Of a stretch of 64,000 bases of DNA, positions 19,641 to 37,031 are shown piece after piece. A model generated the notes under the pieces. That model had not been told where the DNA came from. It made no database searches and saw only the letters and a list, made by a program, of their open reading frames with translations. The DNA is taken from assembly GCF_009914755.1 (NCBI RefSeq), contig NC_060937.1, one strand, 5' to 3'. The translations under genes and the position numbers were made by a program. Every line of letters begins with the position of its first letter. Positions within the stretch are counted from its first letter, which is position 1. The stretch comes from the human T2T-CHM13v2.0 reference genome, Homo sapiens.

Positions 19641-21108
19641 CCTAGCATACTGCTGCACACCCCTGGGCTACTCCTACCCCAGTGTGAGAAACAACAAAGG
19701 AAAAAGTTAGACAAGGTTTCTAAATTGCATCCCACTCTTAAGACTTTATTTTACAAAGTAAAATAAGTTAATAAATGCAAACAGTGCTTACTAATTTCAG
19801 TATCATGCCCTGCATTTGAGTGTTAATACATTTAAATTGAAATTATGAATCCATATCATTCTGCACACCTATCAATACGTATGTTCTTTCAACAATATTT
19901 GCCAGTACTATGTGCCAAGCACTATTCTAAGCACTGAGGATATCGCAGTGAACCAAACAGAAACCCCTGCCCTCATGAGGCATATACTCAAGTTAGGAGG
20001 CACAATATATTAATAAGTAAAATATATAGTAAAACAGAGACAGAACAGCAAGTTCAAATTTGCCACAGTCAGCATATACTTCACAAATCTGAGGAACAAC
20101 ACAGAAACCAACAGAAAGAAATGAGAGGAGGGGAGAAAGAAGATGAGGTCAAAGAAGAAATGGATGCCAGACTATGCAGAGCCTTGTAGACCATTATAAG
20201 GACTTGGCATTTAATCTAAGATAAGAAGCCACTGAAAGTTATGAGCAGAAGACACAATCTGACCTATATTTAAGAGGAACTCTCTGGCTGCTCTGATGCC
20301 AACAAGCCAGGGACAGTGTGTTCTCTCATGTTTTATTTTACACTTTCTGTAGTATACAGAATGGCTAAAATGAGTGGTAGAGTCTGAGAGAGGATAAGAA
20401 AAAACATATACGGCTATTAAGGCCCCACATTTAATCTTACCATATAAGAAATACCAAATACCACATTAAATAAGAGCTCATGCACTCCTATTAAGACAGC
20501 CTTGAAAGTGGGAAACTTAAGATAGTTCAATAAGGATATACAAATTCTAAAATCAAGAAGCTAAAGCACTGTCACTTGGCAAGGCTGAAATACAGAAAGA
20601 CTGTTCAGTCTAAGAAAAGTATGTGTATTAGTCTTCTGAATAAGAGGTTAAAATATTTGAACGCAACTCTTCCTATGACCTAAGACTCATCCCTGTCAAA
20701 GACTAAGCTGACATTTGCACAGGAAAAAAACAACGGTGGGTGAGTAAAAAACCAGAATAGCACATATTTCCACAAATGGGTTTAGAATTCTAAATCACAA
20801 GTTTGGTCAAATAGTTATTTAGATATAAAAACTACTTTACTATAATCTAGTACAACAAGGTAAAAAAAATAAAAACAAAACCCAGCACTATAAATTAGCT
20901 ACCACCAGAGACAAAATTTGTGGAGCAACTTAATATTCAAAGGACAGAAAAAGATGTTTCTTAAAAACAAGTCATGATGATACAAATAGCCAATGAACAT
21001 ATGAAAAGGTTTTCAACTTCATAAATTATCAGGTAAATACACACCACATGGCAAATATCCTGGGAAAATCACAATGAGATATGATTATACCTAAAAAAGA
21101 CTGACAAC

Positions 21109-21710
<602 letters not shown>

Positions 21711-22294
21711 AGACTGACAACATCAAGTGTTGACAAGGATGTGGAGCAACTGAAACTTCCCCTCTGTAGGTAAGAGGGAAAACTTGTATAACCACTTTGG
21801 AAACTGGTGTTCTTCCCTAGTTTAATTTATGCATATCCTATGACCCAGCAGTTCCACTCCTAGGTATATGCTCACTAGAAATTCATGCATATATATGTCA
21901 AAGGATAAGCAGAAAACCATCCAAAGCAGCATTACTCACAAGAGTCTCAAGCTAAAAGCAACCCAAATATCCATTAATAAGAAAACAGATTTTAACTGTG
22001 ATATACTACTATATGACAATGAAAATAAACTACAAATATATACAACACCATGAAATAATCTCACAAATACACCTTGAACAAAAAAAGCTGGACACAAAAG
22101 AATACTTACTGTACATAAAGTTCCAAAATGGGCATAATTAATTTATGGCATTAGAAATCAGAACAGTGGTTACCTTTGGGAAAGAGGTAAGTGGCAAGGA
22201 TTGGGAGGGATCATGAATATGGCTTCTGAGGTGCCAAATGTTCGATTTCTTGACCCCAGAGCTGATGGTTACATTGAATTACAAGGCTTACATG

Positions 22295-22880
22295 CAGTGA
22301 GATGCTGAAGTTGTTTCTTACTAGTTTTTGAGAGCCAGCTACTAAATTTTCAGAAATTTTGTGAGCCAGCCGTGAAATGCAGCCATTAATAAATATTAAA
22401 TTACACAAACTTTGAATAAGTTGTATTTTTAAAAAAGGAAATAAATACGCAAAACTCCTCACATCCTAATTATTTTACTATTACCTATTATCTTGAGGTT
22501 CCATAGTTTATTGTATCTCTATGGTGGAAACACCATAGAATGGTAGGCTGCTACCCAAACTCATCTCAACTATGAGTTCAGTGACATGATGTTGAAATCC
22601 ATCATACAGGTGGTATTTATATCACAGAATTAGCAAATGCTATAAATCAGGGCTTGATTTATTGTTTTCCTGACTGTCTAGATTTAGAAAAGTAATGGGG
22701 AAAATGTTAATAATGCAGACTAAACTTAAAAGCATGTCATTTTTGCTGTTGTTACACTGTAAATAGCATAAAAAATCTGATTATTCTTCCAGTATTTGAA
22801 AACTGCTCAAGTCATTGATCAATGAGTAAAGCTCTAGCATGTTTTTATTGTTTCATTATCATCTTATTCTTTAATGTGTA
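22295..22880. mobile_element. hAT DNA transposon remnant (MER63-like)
   Basis: gagccag..aaattttcagaaattttgtgagccag and gcaaatgctataaatcagggcttgatttattg match a recalled MER63 consensus. Confidence 0.6.
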
Positions 22881-23322
22881 TACACACATACACCTTTTTT
22901 TCATAAAAGTAGTTACTAATATACACCACTGGCTAGATTATCATTATTCATCAAAAAAGTATACAATTTGTGCACTTTTCTTCAGTAGAAATATTTTCTA
23001 TGAAGTCACTGTTCATTTGTATAATCAATCAATAGCTCTCAAAAGAATATGTCAATCTAGTTTGCAACATCTCTCCATATCAGATATCCCTAGACTTACT
23101 CATGAGAAGGAAAGTCTTCTCATGATAAATGGCCATTTGTTATGCACAATTTAATGAAATAAAGTCCTTTAACAACTTTAAAATGAATTCAGAGAATATA
23201 ATTTGCCATACTTTAATCTGAATTCTATTTAGAAGCATATATAGCTTTAATCATGAGATAATGGAAGTACTGCTCATTTCACTGAGTTAATTAACCATAA
23301 AACTATAATCTTAAAAATACTT

Positions 23323-23644
<322 letters not shown>

Positions 23645-23805
23645 TTATAAATTAAGGTTACAAAACAAAAACATTTCTTCTGCTACCTAATATTTTACTT
23701 TTAGATTATCCTTCTTAAGTAAAAAAAAATCCTTTCGTTACTTCTATGTATATATCTGACTCTAAGCTTAAATAGCAAAATAATAATAAATCCGATTTTC
23801 CCAGG

Positions 23806-24158
23806 TGCTATGGTCTAAATGTTTGTGTCCTTCCAAAATTCATGTTGGTATCTAAGCCCCAATGTGATGTTATTAGGAGACAGGGTTTTTGGAAGGTGGT
23901 TAGGTCAATGAGGCTTCTGCCCTCATGAACAGAATTAGTGCCCTAATAAAAGATTCCCAAGGGAGCCTGTTGGCCCCTTCCATCCTGTAAGGACACATAA
24001 GAAGGTGCCATCTAGAAGGAACAGACCCTCAGCAGATACCAAATCTGCTAGTGGCTTGATTTTAGACTTCCCAGCCTCCAAAACTGTGAGAAATAAATTT
24101 CTACTCCTTCTAAATTACCCTGTGTAAGCTATTTTGTCATAGTAGGAAGAGACCAGAC
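23806..24158 (+). mobile_element. MLT1A-type MaLR solo LTR
   Basis: tgctatggtctaaatgtttgtgtcc...gacttcccagcctccaaaactgtgagaaataaatttct. Confidence 0.8.
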
Positions 24159-25205
24159 ACACTGAAATAAAACAGAAAAAATATAGCTTAAAAGTTAATT
24201 TATTCAGGCCAGGAGCTACATTTCATTAACGTTTGTATTTCTAGCACCTAGAAGTATTACTGACACAAATGTGCACTTAATAAAGATGTGTCCAATAAAC
24301 AGAGTACTAACTAGCCTTATGGATGACCCTGTAGACCTCAGGGGGGAAAATGATAAAGCCTCAACAATAGATCACTATGCAAAGTGATTGTTACTTACTG
24401 AAAAACAGCATTTTAAGCTTGGATCTAACCTGAAGCCTGTCAGTAATTTTAAAAAAGAAAAAGAAAAAAGACATAATCAGTCTCAGAAAATAAACTCGTA
24501 TTATTATAAGAAGACAGTAAGCATTTTCAAATAAGAGTCTGTATAGCATAATGATTAAAAAACTCAGGTATTACACATAGACAAGGTTCAAATCCTAGTT
24601 CACCATCTATTTGCAGTTAAGACTTCAGTGTCTCAATTTCTCTACACATAAAACAGGAAAAATAATGCTGAGCTCACAGGATTATGCAGGGATCAAATAA
24701 ACCAATAAATGTAAAAAGCTTCAAAGCGGGCTTTTTTTGTAGAAAGCTTCAAAAAGGATAAGTGCGCTCAAGGAAGACTAACATTTGCTACTACTGCTAT
24801 TATTAGTTGTTCCATCATACAGTTCCCAACACCAAATTAAAAATCCAAAAATATACCAGGGACCTTAAGCAAGATATGTCTAACTTCTCTTATCCTCAAT
24901 TTTTTTTACATCTATAAAGTTAAGTACATAGTTAGAGTGCTGCAGCAGCTTTCAAAATTCTGACCCAGGCACAAAGTAATAAATGCATTCTGGATCATGA
25001 GCTGGTGTACATAAACATATGAATAAATTTGTATATATTTTTATCAAAATAATACTGTACTTATGGGCAATAAACTGAGTTTTCTGTTCTACTCTGCTTC
25101 AATTTTAAAGCTGGCAGCAATACACAAAACTGATCTTAAGAAAAACAAATACAATAAACACTGGGGACTCCCATATCTCTGAGGGTACTTCCAAACAACA
25201 CTAAT

Positions 25206-25514
25206 TTTCCTTTCTTTTTTTTTTTTTTGAGACCAAGTCTCGCTCTGTTGCCCAAGCTGGAGTGCAGTGGCTGGATCTCAGCTCACTGCAACCTCTGCCT
25301 CCCTCCCAGGTTCAAGCGATTCTCATGCCTCAGCCTCCCAAGTAGCTGGGATTACAGGCATGCACCACCACACCCAGCTAATTTTTGTGTTTTTAGTAGA
25401 GACGGGGTTACACTATGTTGCCCAGGCTGGTCTTGAACTCCTGGGCTAAAGTGATTCACCTGCCTTGGCCTCCCAAAGTGCTGGGATTACAGGCGTGAGC
25501 CACTGCCCCTGGCC
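25206..25514 (-). mobile_element. Alu (S/J)
   Basis: Antisense dimer with TSD caacact(a/c)attttc. Confidence 0.92.
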
Positions 25515-25873
25515 CCAACACTCATTTTCAAATGAGCTTTTAGCAGAAGTGGGTATCTATTAGTTTCACCTAAGCTGCCTCAAAACCTATCGCAGCCTTC
25601 AGTGAGTTTCAGGAACTTCAGTATCCTAATGAATATTTGTGTGGTTACAAAAATTGTAACTGAGTCAAATATACCTTTCAAAGGCTTATGAAGTTTGCAT
25701 GAGTTTGTTTTGAAAAACTGTAGTCCCCTCTGTTTCCACAGTGACTCAGAACATATCTTTTATCTCCAAACAACTGCGGAGTTCTTTTCTTTTCTTACAT
25801 AAAAGGGTTACTTTCTAGTGACATTCTGAGTACTTACATGTCAATGAAAGAATAACTAAGATTTAGAAAATCA

Positions 25874-26149
<276 letters not shown>

Positions 26150-27912
26150 TGTATTTGACATTCAAAAAATGCTGCTTGATTATTTTGTTCTTTGCTTAAG
26201 AGTCACATTTAAAAACCAACATTTAATTGTTCTGGATCTCTTTTGGTAAATCCAATCCAGACTTTTCATCTAGCTTGGTAGGTGGGGAACTACATAACAT
26301 GAAAAATCTTAAGGTTAAACAGGAAAAAGATGTGTGACTTCACAAATTCCATTCTTCCAGTATCCATGTCTCACTGTGAGACGCTGGCAAGTTTTAGCGC
26401 TCTGTACCACAGTTTCTTCATCTGTAAAGTCGGGATAGTAAGACACCTACTTCACGGGATTGCTTCATGAATTACTGTTTAATCACTTTGAACGGTGCCC
26501 AGCAAAGCAGCATCCAGTAAACCGTCACCATGGTTTCTCTTATGTAAATTCAAGACTGAAAGTTCCTTACCCTGTTCTAAAGGTTTATCTAAAAGCTACT
26601 AGCAAACTGGAGGTTGGATTTCAGCCGGTACTGTATTCTCTATAATGCAAACCAATGTTAGCTGCATAAAAATGAAGAAAAGAAACAAAAATAATATTTA
26701 AGATAAAGAGTTTCAAGTATCCATTTATGTGGCTTTTGATAATGGAGGGAACAAATTTTAAAAGTTAATGTATTTATTACTACCCTTCACTAATCCCAAA
26801 AAGGATCTGAAATAGAATCACTTGCTGTTTCATGGCATAAAAGCTCCCACAAATTACAAACATTAAAAAAATCTAATTCATTTTCAGTGTCCTATTGAGG
26901 CAGGGAGGTAGAATATGTCTTTGAACTATCTCATAAATAGAAATATTCAGAAAACACCAATTTTATTCTATCTTGGTCTATGTATTATGGCTATAAGACC
27001 TAGGAAGTTGGTCTGGAGTCCTTACCTACAGATCAAAATTACACGTAATAAAAATATTCAAATACAGTTTTGATGGATAACCACTTGTTATTAGATATAT
27101 CTTTATTATACATATCATGGCCTGAATGTGATGACAGATCCTGAATCTCTAACTAGTAAAATAAAACTTTTCTGTGGCAATTTGATTACATTATCATTCA
27201 TTTATGACATCACGGTGGAAACAGGAAATACTATCACTTAAAAATTTTTCTCTTTTTACTAAAATTAAGGCCTAAGAGACACATCAGATCATCCTGGCTA
27301 CCTCCTTAATCTGTAAGATTATCTTCAACCCACTGTCCTAAGTCCATTTTAAGGGAAGTACAATTTCCACCGAATACTATGTTTATTCACCAATCAATTT
27401 CCTAAATAAGTACGTGTGCACAATGAACCCTAAGCAAGGGGAATCTTCTCAAGGAAAAGAAAAAAAATCTTGTTCTACTATAATCTACAGATAAATCAAA
27501 GATACTTATTTTTGGCAGTAGTAAATCATATCCCTCATCTTATTCTGTGAACAGATACATCTACCTTCTTGTCTTTCCCCATAACTATTTTCATTTATTG
27601 CTCATTTCTATTCAGAATACTTATTAAAATATTTTTCAAAAAAGTTTTAAAGCCGTATTTTTTCTTACAAGGGATCCATTTCACTAAATATTTTTATACA
27701 TGTATGTGTATATAGATATTTACTACGCCTCTGAGGTGATTTGCATTGCAGCATGGCCTTCAAAATACAAAGACTACTTAGGCTTTGAATGAGACTTTTT
27801 TCTAACTCTTCCACGTCAAAACCAGGGTATCTTGAAAAGCCAACAAAAATCATAACATCCACCAAAAGTCCTGGGCTTCAAGTGAGTGAATTACAGAAAG
27901 ACAGCATCTTGC

Positions 27913-28081
27913 CTTGTCATCTCTCCCTCTTGCTCTATAGTCCTTGTCCCTACTTGTAGAAGGCTTTTCACTCTTTGATATAGGATGTGCTCGGCCTACA
28001 GGTCCCCGGGCTCCTACTCCTGCCATTTCTTTCCTCAGAGGTCTTACTTCTCGATTGGGACGCCTGATCTGAGGTGGAGCT
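27913..28081 (-). CDS. KATNAL1: KATNAL1 exon 4 (R-APPQIRRPNREVRPLRKEM...RGRDDK), 169 nt, GC donor
   Basis: Acceptor T18-GTCAG|A. The frame continues from exon 3. A phase-0 join to exon 5 (GRKNM) requires the donor AAG|GCAAGA. Confidence 0.93.
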
Positions 28082-31000
28082 CTGACAAAAAAAAAAAAAA
28101 AAAATTAAAATTAAAATTAAAATTAATCAAAGGCAAAAGTATGTCAATACTATCTTAGTCAATAAAATTGTTAAATCAAAAAGCCCGAAAGCTAATTTTT
28201 TCACCTTTGGCCAATTCATGGCCACAACTATTAGGTTAGTTTTCCCAAATTCTTTTTTCTAAAATATACTGGCTGATACAATTATTAAATACACACAAAT
28301 GACACATAAAGCAGCAATTATTCTGTCAAAAGTTAATTATTAATCACCAATAGAGGGCAACACAGACTATCCCTATCTAATAATCTTAACAACATAATGG
28401 AAAGGCAATAATTTTATTCATTACTGTCCTAAACCAAGAATAAGTAACTTTTTTTTAGAAAAAAGCATTAAAAGCTGTAAGGACAGAAGTTCTAAATAAG
28501 TCTATTTGTACAGTTTACTAATTTCTGTTTTACAACCAAGATGATTTTCTCTGCTTCTATAATGGAAAATTAAACATTTCATTCATCAAATTACAAATGG
28601 CAGAGCTAACAATGAAATCTTCTTTAAGTAATTATGTTTTAAAATATTCATGTTTTGAGAATGTCTAAAAATCACAGAATCATTCAAATTATACAGTCCT
28701 CCAAATGTGATTAAAAATTTTGATAAATACATATAAGTATGCATGCAAAATAACATATTTTGTTTCATCTACTGTGGAACTTGTCTCCTGCAAACATTAA
28801 AGTTTTGAGGCTTCTCAGCACAGTTTTTGTCTCTTTTTGATTCTTGGGAAAGGGACTCTATCACTTCGTGTCTAATCTTAGTTCTCTCTTGAAATGTCTC
28901 TACCTCTGTTTTCCTACCTTTTCTCTTACTATAGCTATGTATGTATCTGTAGCCCTCTAGATCCCATATGTGTATTCCATTTTTAACCACATGCCATATC
29001 TATTATTATCCCCTTTCCAGCCTCACACTTATAATTCACCTAACTCATCATGGAGTTCCGTTCCTCATATCAGAAAAGGTGACACATATGCATAATTCAA
29101 AGATAGGAAAATGGATAAAAAGCCATGAAGGTTGCAAACTAAGGGCCAAAACAGTAAGAAAAAGAAAAAAAAAGAAAAAAAAATGTGTTAACATGTTGTG
29201 AGTCTGATACAGCATATTTAGATGTTGGAATTAGACTACATCGTGAAATTTCTAGAAGGCCGGCAAAAACCGTATGTCTATCTATGAGGTAAACATACAC
29301 TGACATCTTAATCCTTGGAGTTCAGTCCAGTTAAACAAGTATTTACTGAGGCACCCATTAGGTGGTATATGGCCTCTACCACACTGACCCTAGGAGGAGA
29401 CAAAGACAAGCAATCTTGTGAAAGAAATCCTCAGGAAAGCAACTACAAAATAGTGCATAGTAATGGCTATGAGGCATTTTAAAATTTAAAGTATTATTAC
29501 ATTATCATCTTTAGGACATTAGTAGTCTTTTAAGCATTCTACCTATAAAATAAAAATGTGACGAGTCTGGTAAAGAATAAAAAATTGTAATTGTTAAATT
29601 GCTCTATTTCTAGTATTTCAATGTGACCACTGTTTTTTGACCTAATTTTTTTTTTTTGGATGAAGGGGTGGAAAGTAATAGAGTAAAACTTTACTTTTAT
29701 TTGTATACACTTGTGTACATATAAATGTCTTTCCTGAGTCAGATTTATGGGTATGGCCAAAGACAATAAAATGAGACCAACAATCTTTTCCACACAGAAT
29801 TTGCATCAAGTTTGCTCTTTTGTAAGCGGCTTCACCTGCTATTTAAATAGTCTGTTTTCTTTGTGGTCCTGCTTTTTAGACTCAAGAGCTAGCCAGAGCC
29901 TCTGCTCACCAACAGCAATCCCATCCCTCCCAGCTGGATGCCAGGCTGCTTGCCCATGGCTGGGCTTGCTGTGACCTCACTGCTCAGGGTGCACTGCAGC
30001 AGGTCTCAGACAACATTCCTTCTGCCTCCTCAGCTTGCGCTTTCCCCACCTCAGCTTGCGATTCAATGGCCGCCTAGGAGTCCTGCTGTAGTCCATTCTC
30101 CACACAAATCCCGCTCAGTAAAGCTGTATTGTGGAAGAATTGGTTCAAAGCTCTTACACAGGCTGCATTCTGAGTGTTTGCCATTACTGACCTTGTTCTG
30201 CCACTGAATATTCTGATGGGCTCCTAAATAGTCTGAGTGAAACTGCTCAAGAAGCCAGACGTGTCGTTTGTGGCAAGGCCCCTGTCTCATAGGAAGTGTG
30301 CCTCTGCTTTGTAAGTCTTCAGTTCCATCTCACTGCAATTGGATATTACATTTGTAACAGACTCTGTGGACTTCCCAAAGGACATCCTTGATTCTGTTCT
30401 GTACTTCTTTGTCCACTAGCACATCACTGCACAATGTCATGCTTCAATTTAAGGACTCAGTGACAGCTTCCAGGCTGTGTAAACAATAAAGGTCTCAAGG
30501 CTTCTTTTACTAGTCTCTCTGTAAAAATAGACTTTAGTAGGATTACATAGCATCCTTGACCTCTGCTCTAATGGTCAAACAGACTGACACAGTACTAGCT
30601 TACGGCACTTCAAATTTAGAGAATAACTGGTTAGATCTGCAGGTGAAAGACAAAAATATCTGTGCTGTGTTCAATTCTCCTATTTGAGATTTCCCTATAG
30701 GAATAAGAAATATGCCTTATTCTATCACATGCAAATAAGCCTCATCTCCTTCGAAATCCAATACTTCCTCTTTCAAAGCTATATTAAATATCAATATTAT
30801 TTGTAAATGTTATTGGTACTGCTTTATATAGTCTAGATACGAGTCCTATGTCACATATATGCTTTGCAAATATCTTCTCCCAGTGTGTGATTTGCTCTTT
30901 TCTTTATTTTTGCATTTTATTTTCAACTTTTATTTTAGATTCAGGGGTACATGTACAGGTGCAAGTCTGTTATAAAGGTATTTTACCTCTCTTAATGGTA

Positions 31001-31521
31001 TCTTTCTTGATAAAGAGGTCATGATTCTGTAAGTCCAATTTATCAATATTTTATATTTAATGCTTTAGTGGCCAGTTTAATAAATCTTTGCCTACCGCAA
31101 GATCATGATGATATCCCTCCCATGTTTTCTTCTAGAAGTTTTACTTTATTACTTTTAATATTTTAGGTATTGGTTATTTTATATTAATTTTTGTACGACG
31201 TGAGGTGGGGAAGAAGAGTATCTCGATTTTTTTTCACCCAAATGGATAATCAATTACCCCAGAAGCATTTACTGATAGGACCCACCTTTTTCTACTAAAT
31301 TTCAGTGGTGTCTTCACAAACCAAGTAACTTTCCAGAATTTAATCATTAAGGATAACTTCTGGTTCTAAAAAGGACTTTAGAATTTTTTAATTATTTGCT
31401 ATCAGATTATAAACAAGTATCGTAAGTAGGAATCTTTAAAATATTATTAATTCTTTCAACAAATAGCTAAATCTTAATGAATGAAAGGCACTATGCTATA
31501 CAACGTAAAAGGCTGTATTAA

Positions 31522-31820
<299 letters not shown>

Positions 31821-31822
31821 GT

Positions 31823-32730
31823 GGGGGGAGGAGCCAAGATGGCCCAATAGGAACAGCTCCGGTCTACAGCTCCCAGTGTGAGCGACGCAAAAGACCAGTG
31901 ATTTCTGCATTTCCATCTGAGGTACTGGGTTCATCTCACTAGGGAGTGCCAGACAGTGGGCGCAGGTCAGTGGGTGTGCGCACCGTGCACGAGCCGAAGC
32001 AGGGCAAGGCATTGCCTCACTCGGGAAGAGCGAGGGGTCAGGGAGTTCCCTTTCCTAGTCAAAGAAAGGGGTGACAGACGGCACCTGGAAAATCGGGTCA
32101 CTCCCACCTGAATGCTGCGCTTTTCTGACGGTCTTAAAAAACGCGGCACCAGGAGATTATATCCCGCACCTGGCTCGGAGGGTCCTATGCCCACGGAGTC
32201 TTGCTGATTGCTAGCACAGCAGTCTGAGATCAAACTGCAAGGCAGCAGCAAGGCTGGGGGAGGGGCGCCCACCATTGCCCAGGCTTGCTTAGGTAAACAA
32301 AGCAGCCGGGAAGCTCGAACTGGGTGGAGCCCACCACAACTCAAGGAGGCCTGCCTGCCTCTGTAGGCTCCACCTCTGGGGGCAGGGCACAGACAAACAA
32401 AAAGACAGCAGTAACCTCTACAGACTTAAATATCCCTGTCTCACAGCTTTGAAGAGAGCAGTGGTTCTCCCAGCACGCAGCTGGAGATCTGAGAACAGGC
32501 AGACTGCCTCCTCAAGTGGGTCCCTGACCCCGACCCCCCAGCAGCCTAACTGGGAGGTACCCCCCAGCAGGGGCAGACTGACACCTCACACGGCTGGGTA
32601 CTCCAACAGACCTGCAGCTGAGGGTCCTGTCTGTTAGAAGGAAAACTAACAAACAGAAAGGACATCCACACCAAAAACCCATCTGTACATCACCATCATC
32701 AAAGACCAAAAGTAGATAAAACCACAAAGA
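31823..32730. promoter_or_regulatory. L1 5'UTR: sense promoter with YY1 motif (caagatggcc, 31835-31844) and antisense promoter firing toward KATNAL1 exon 4
   Basis: The 5'UTR sequence is complete. Promoter activities are established for young L1 5'UTRs; activity of this copy is unknown. Confidence 0.65.
31967..32275 (-). CDS. L1 ORF0 homologue, open for 102 codons
   Basis: From the ATG at 32275 (context GCA ATG G) it reads MVGAPPPALLLPCSLISDCCASNQQDSVGIGPSEPG..., matching primate L1 ORF0 (MAGAPPPASLPPCSLISDCC...). Translation is not shown. Confidence 0.55.
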   Translation of the reverse strand: MVGAPPPALLLPCSLISDCCASNQQDSVGIGPSEPGAGYNLLVPRFLRPSEKRSIQVGVTRFSRCRLSPLSLTRKGNSLTPRSSRVRQCLALLRLVHGAHTH

Positions 32731-34212
32731 TGGGGAAAAAAACAGAGCAGAAAAACTGGAAACTCTAAAAAGCAGAGTGCCTCTCCTCCTCCAAAGGAAT
32801 GCAGTTCCTCACCAGCAACGCAACAAAGCTGGACGGAGAATGACTTTGATGAGCTGAGAGAAGGCTTCAGACGATCAAATTACTCTGAGCTATGGGGGGG
32901 AATTCAAACCAAAGGCAAAGAAGTTGAAAACTTTGAAAAAAGTTTAGAAGAATGTATAACTAGAATAACCAACACAGAGAAGTGCTTAAAGGAACTGATG
33001 GAGCTGAAAACCAAGGCTCGAGAACTACGTGAAGAATGCAGAAGCCTCAGGAGCCGATGAGATCAACTGGAAGAAAGGGTATCAGCGATGGAAGATGAAG
33101 TGAATGAAATGAAGCGAGAAGGGAAATTTAGAGAAAAAAGGATAAAAAGAAATGAGCAAAGCCTCCAAGAAATATGGGACTATGTGAAAAGACCAAATCT
33201 ACATCTGATTTGTGTACCTGAAAGTGACGGGAGAATGGAATCAAGTTGGAAAACACTCTGCAGGATATCATCCAGGAGAACTTCCCCAATCTAGCAAGGC
33301 AGGCCAACATACAGATTCAGGAAATACAGAGAACGCCACAAAGATACTCCTCGAGAAGAGCAACTCCAAGACACATAATTGTCAGATTCACCAAAGTTGA
33401 AATGAAGGAAAAAATGTTAAGGGCAGCCAGAGAGAAAGGTCGGGTTACCCACAAAGGGAAGCCCATCAGACTAACAGCGGATCTCTCGGCAGAAACTCTA
33501 CAAGCCAGAAGAGAGTGGGGGCCAATATTCAACATTCTTAAAGAAAATAATTTTCAACCCAGAATTTCATATCCAGCCAAACTAAGCTTCATAGTGAGGG
33601 AGAAATAAAATACTTTACAGACAAGCAAATGCTGAGAGATTTTGTCACCACCAGGCCTGCCCTAAAAGAGCTCCTTAAGGAAGCGCTAAACATGGAAAGG
33701 AACAACCGATACCAGCCGCTGCAAAATCATGCCAAAATGTAAAGACCATCGAGACTAGGAAGAAACTGCATCAACTAACGAGCAAAATAACCAGCTAACA
33801 TCATAATGACAGGATCAAATTCACACATAACAATATTAACTTTCAATGTAAATGGACTAAATGCTCCAGTTAAAAGACACAGACTGGCAAATTGGATAGA
33901 GTCAAGACCCATCAGTGTGCTGTATTCAGGAGACCCATCTCACGTGCAGAGACACACATAGGCTCAAAATAAAAGGATGGAGGAAGATCTACCAAGCAAA
34001 TGGAAAACAAAAATAGGCAGGGGTTGCAATCCTAGTCTCTGATAAAACAGACTTTAAACCAACAAAGATCAAAAGAGACAAAGAAGGCCATTACATAATG
34101 GTAAAGGGATCAATTCAACAAGAACAGCTAACTATCCTAAATATATATGCACCCAATACAGGAGCACCCAGATTCATACAGCAAGTCCTGAGTGACCTAC
34201 AAAGAGACTTAA

Positions 34213-35469
<1,257 letters not shown>

Positions 35470-35472
35470 TAA

Positions 35473-37031
<1,559 letters not shown>

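Noticed and set aside
24712-24755. AAAAAGC...GCTTTTTTT hairpin followed by a T-run, resembling a terminator
   Set aside because: Eukaryotic intron, within a probable MIR. Better explained as a small local duplication of aaagcttcaaa.
29646-29701. Minus-strand AATAAA followed by A12, suggesting a processed pseudogene end
   Set aside because: The spacing of about 39 nt is long, and I found no TSD or recognisable parent ORF.
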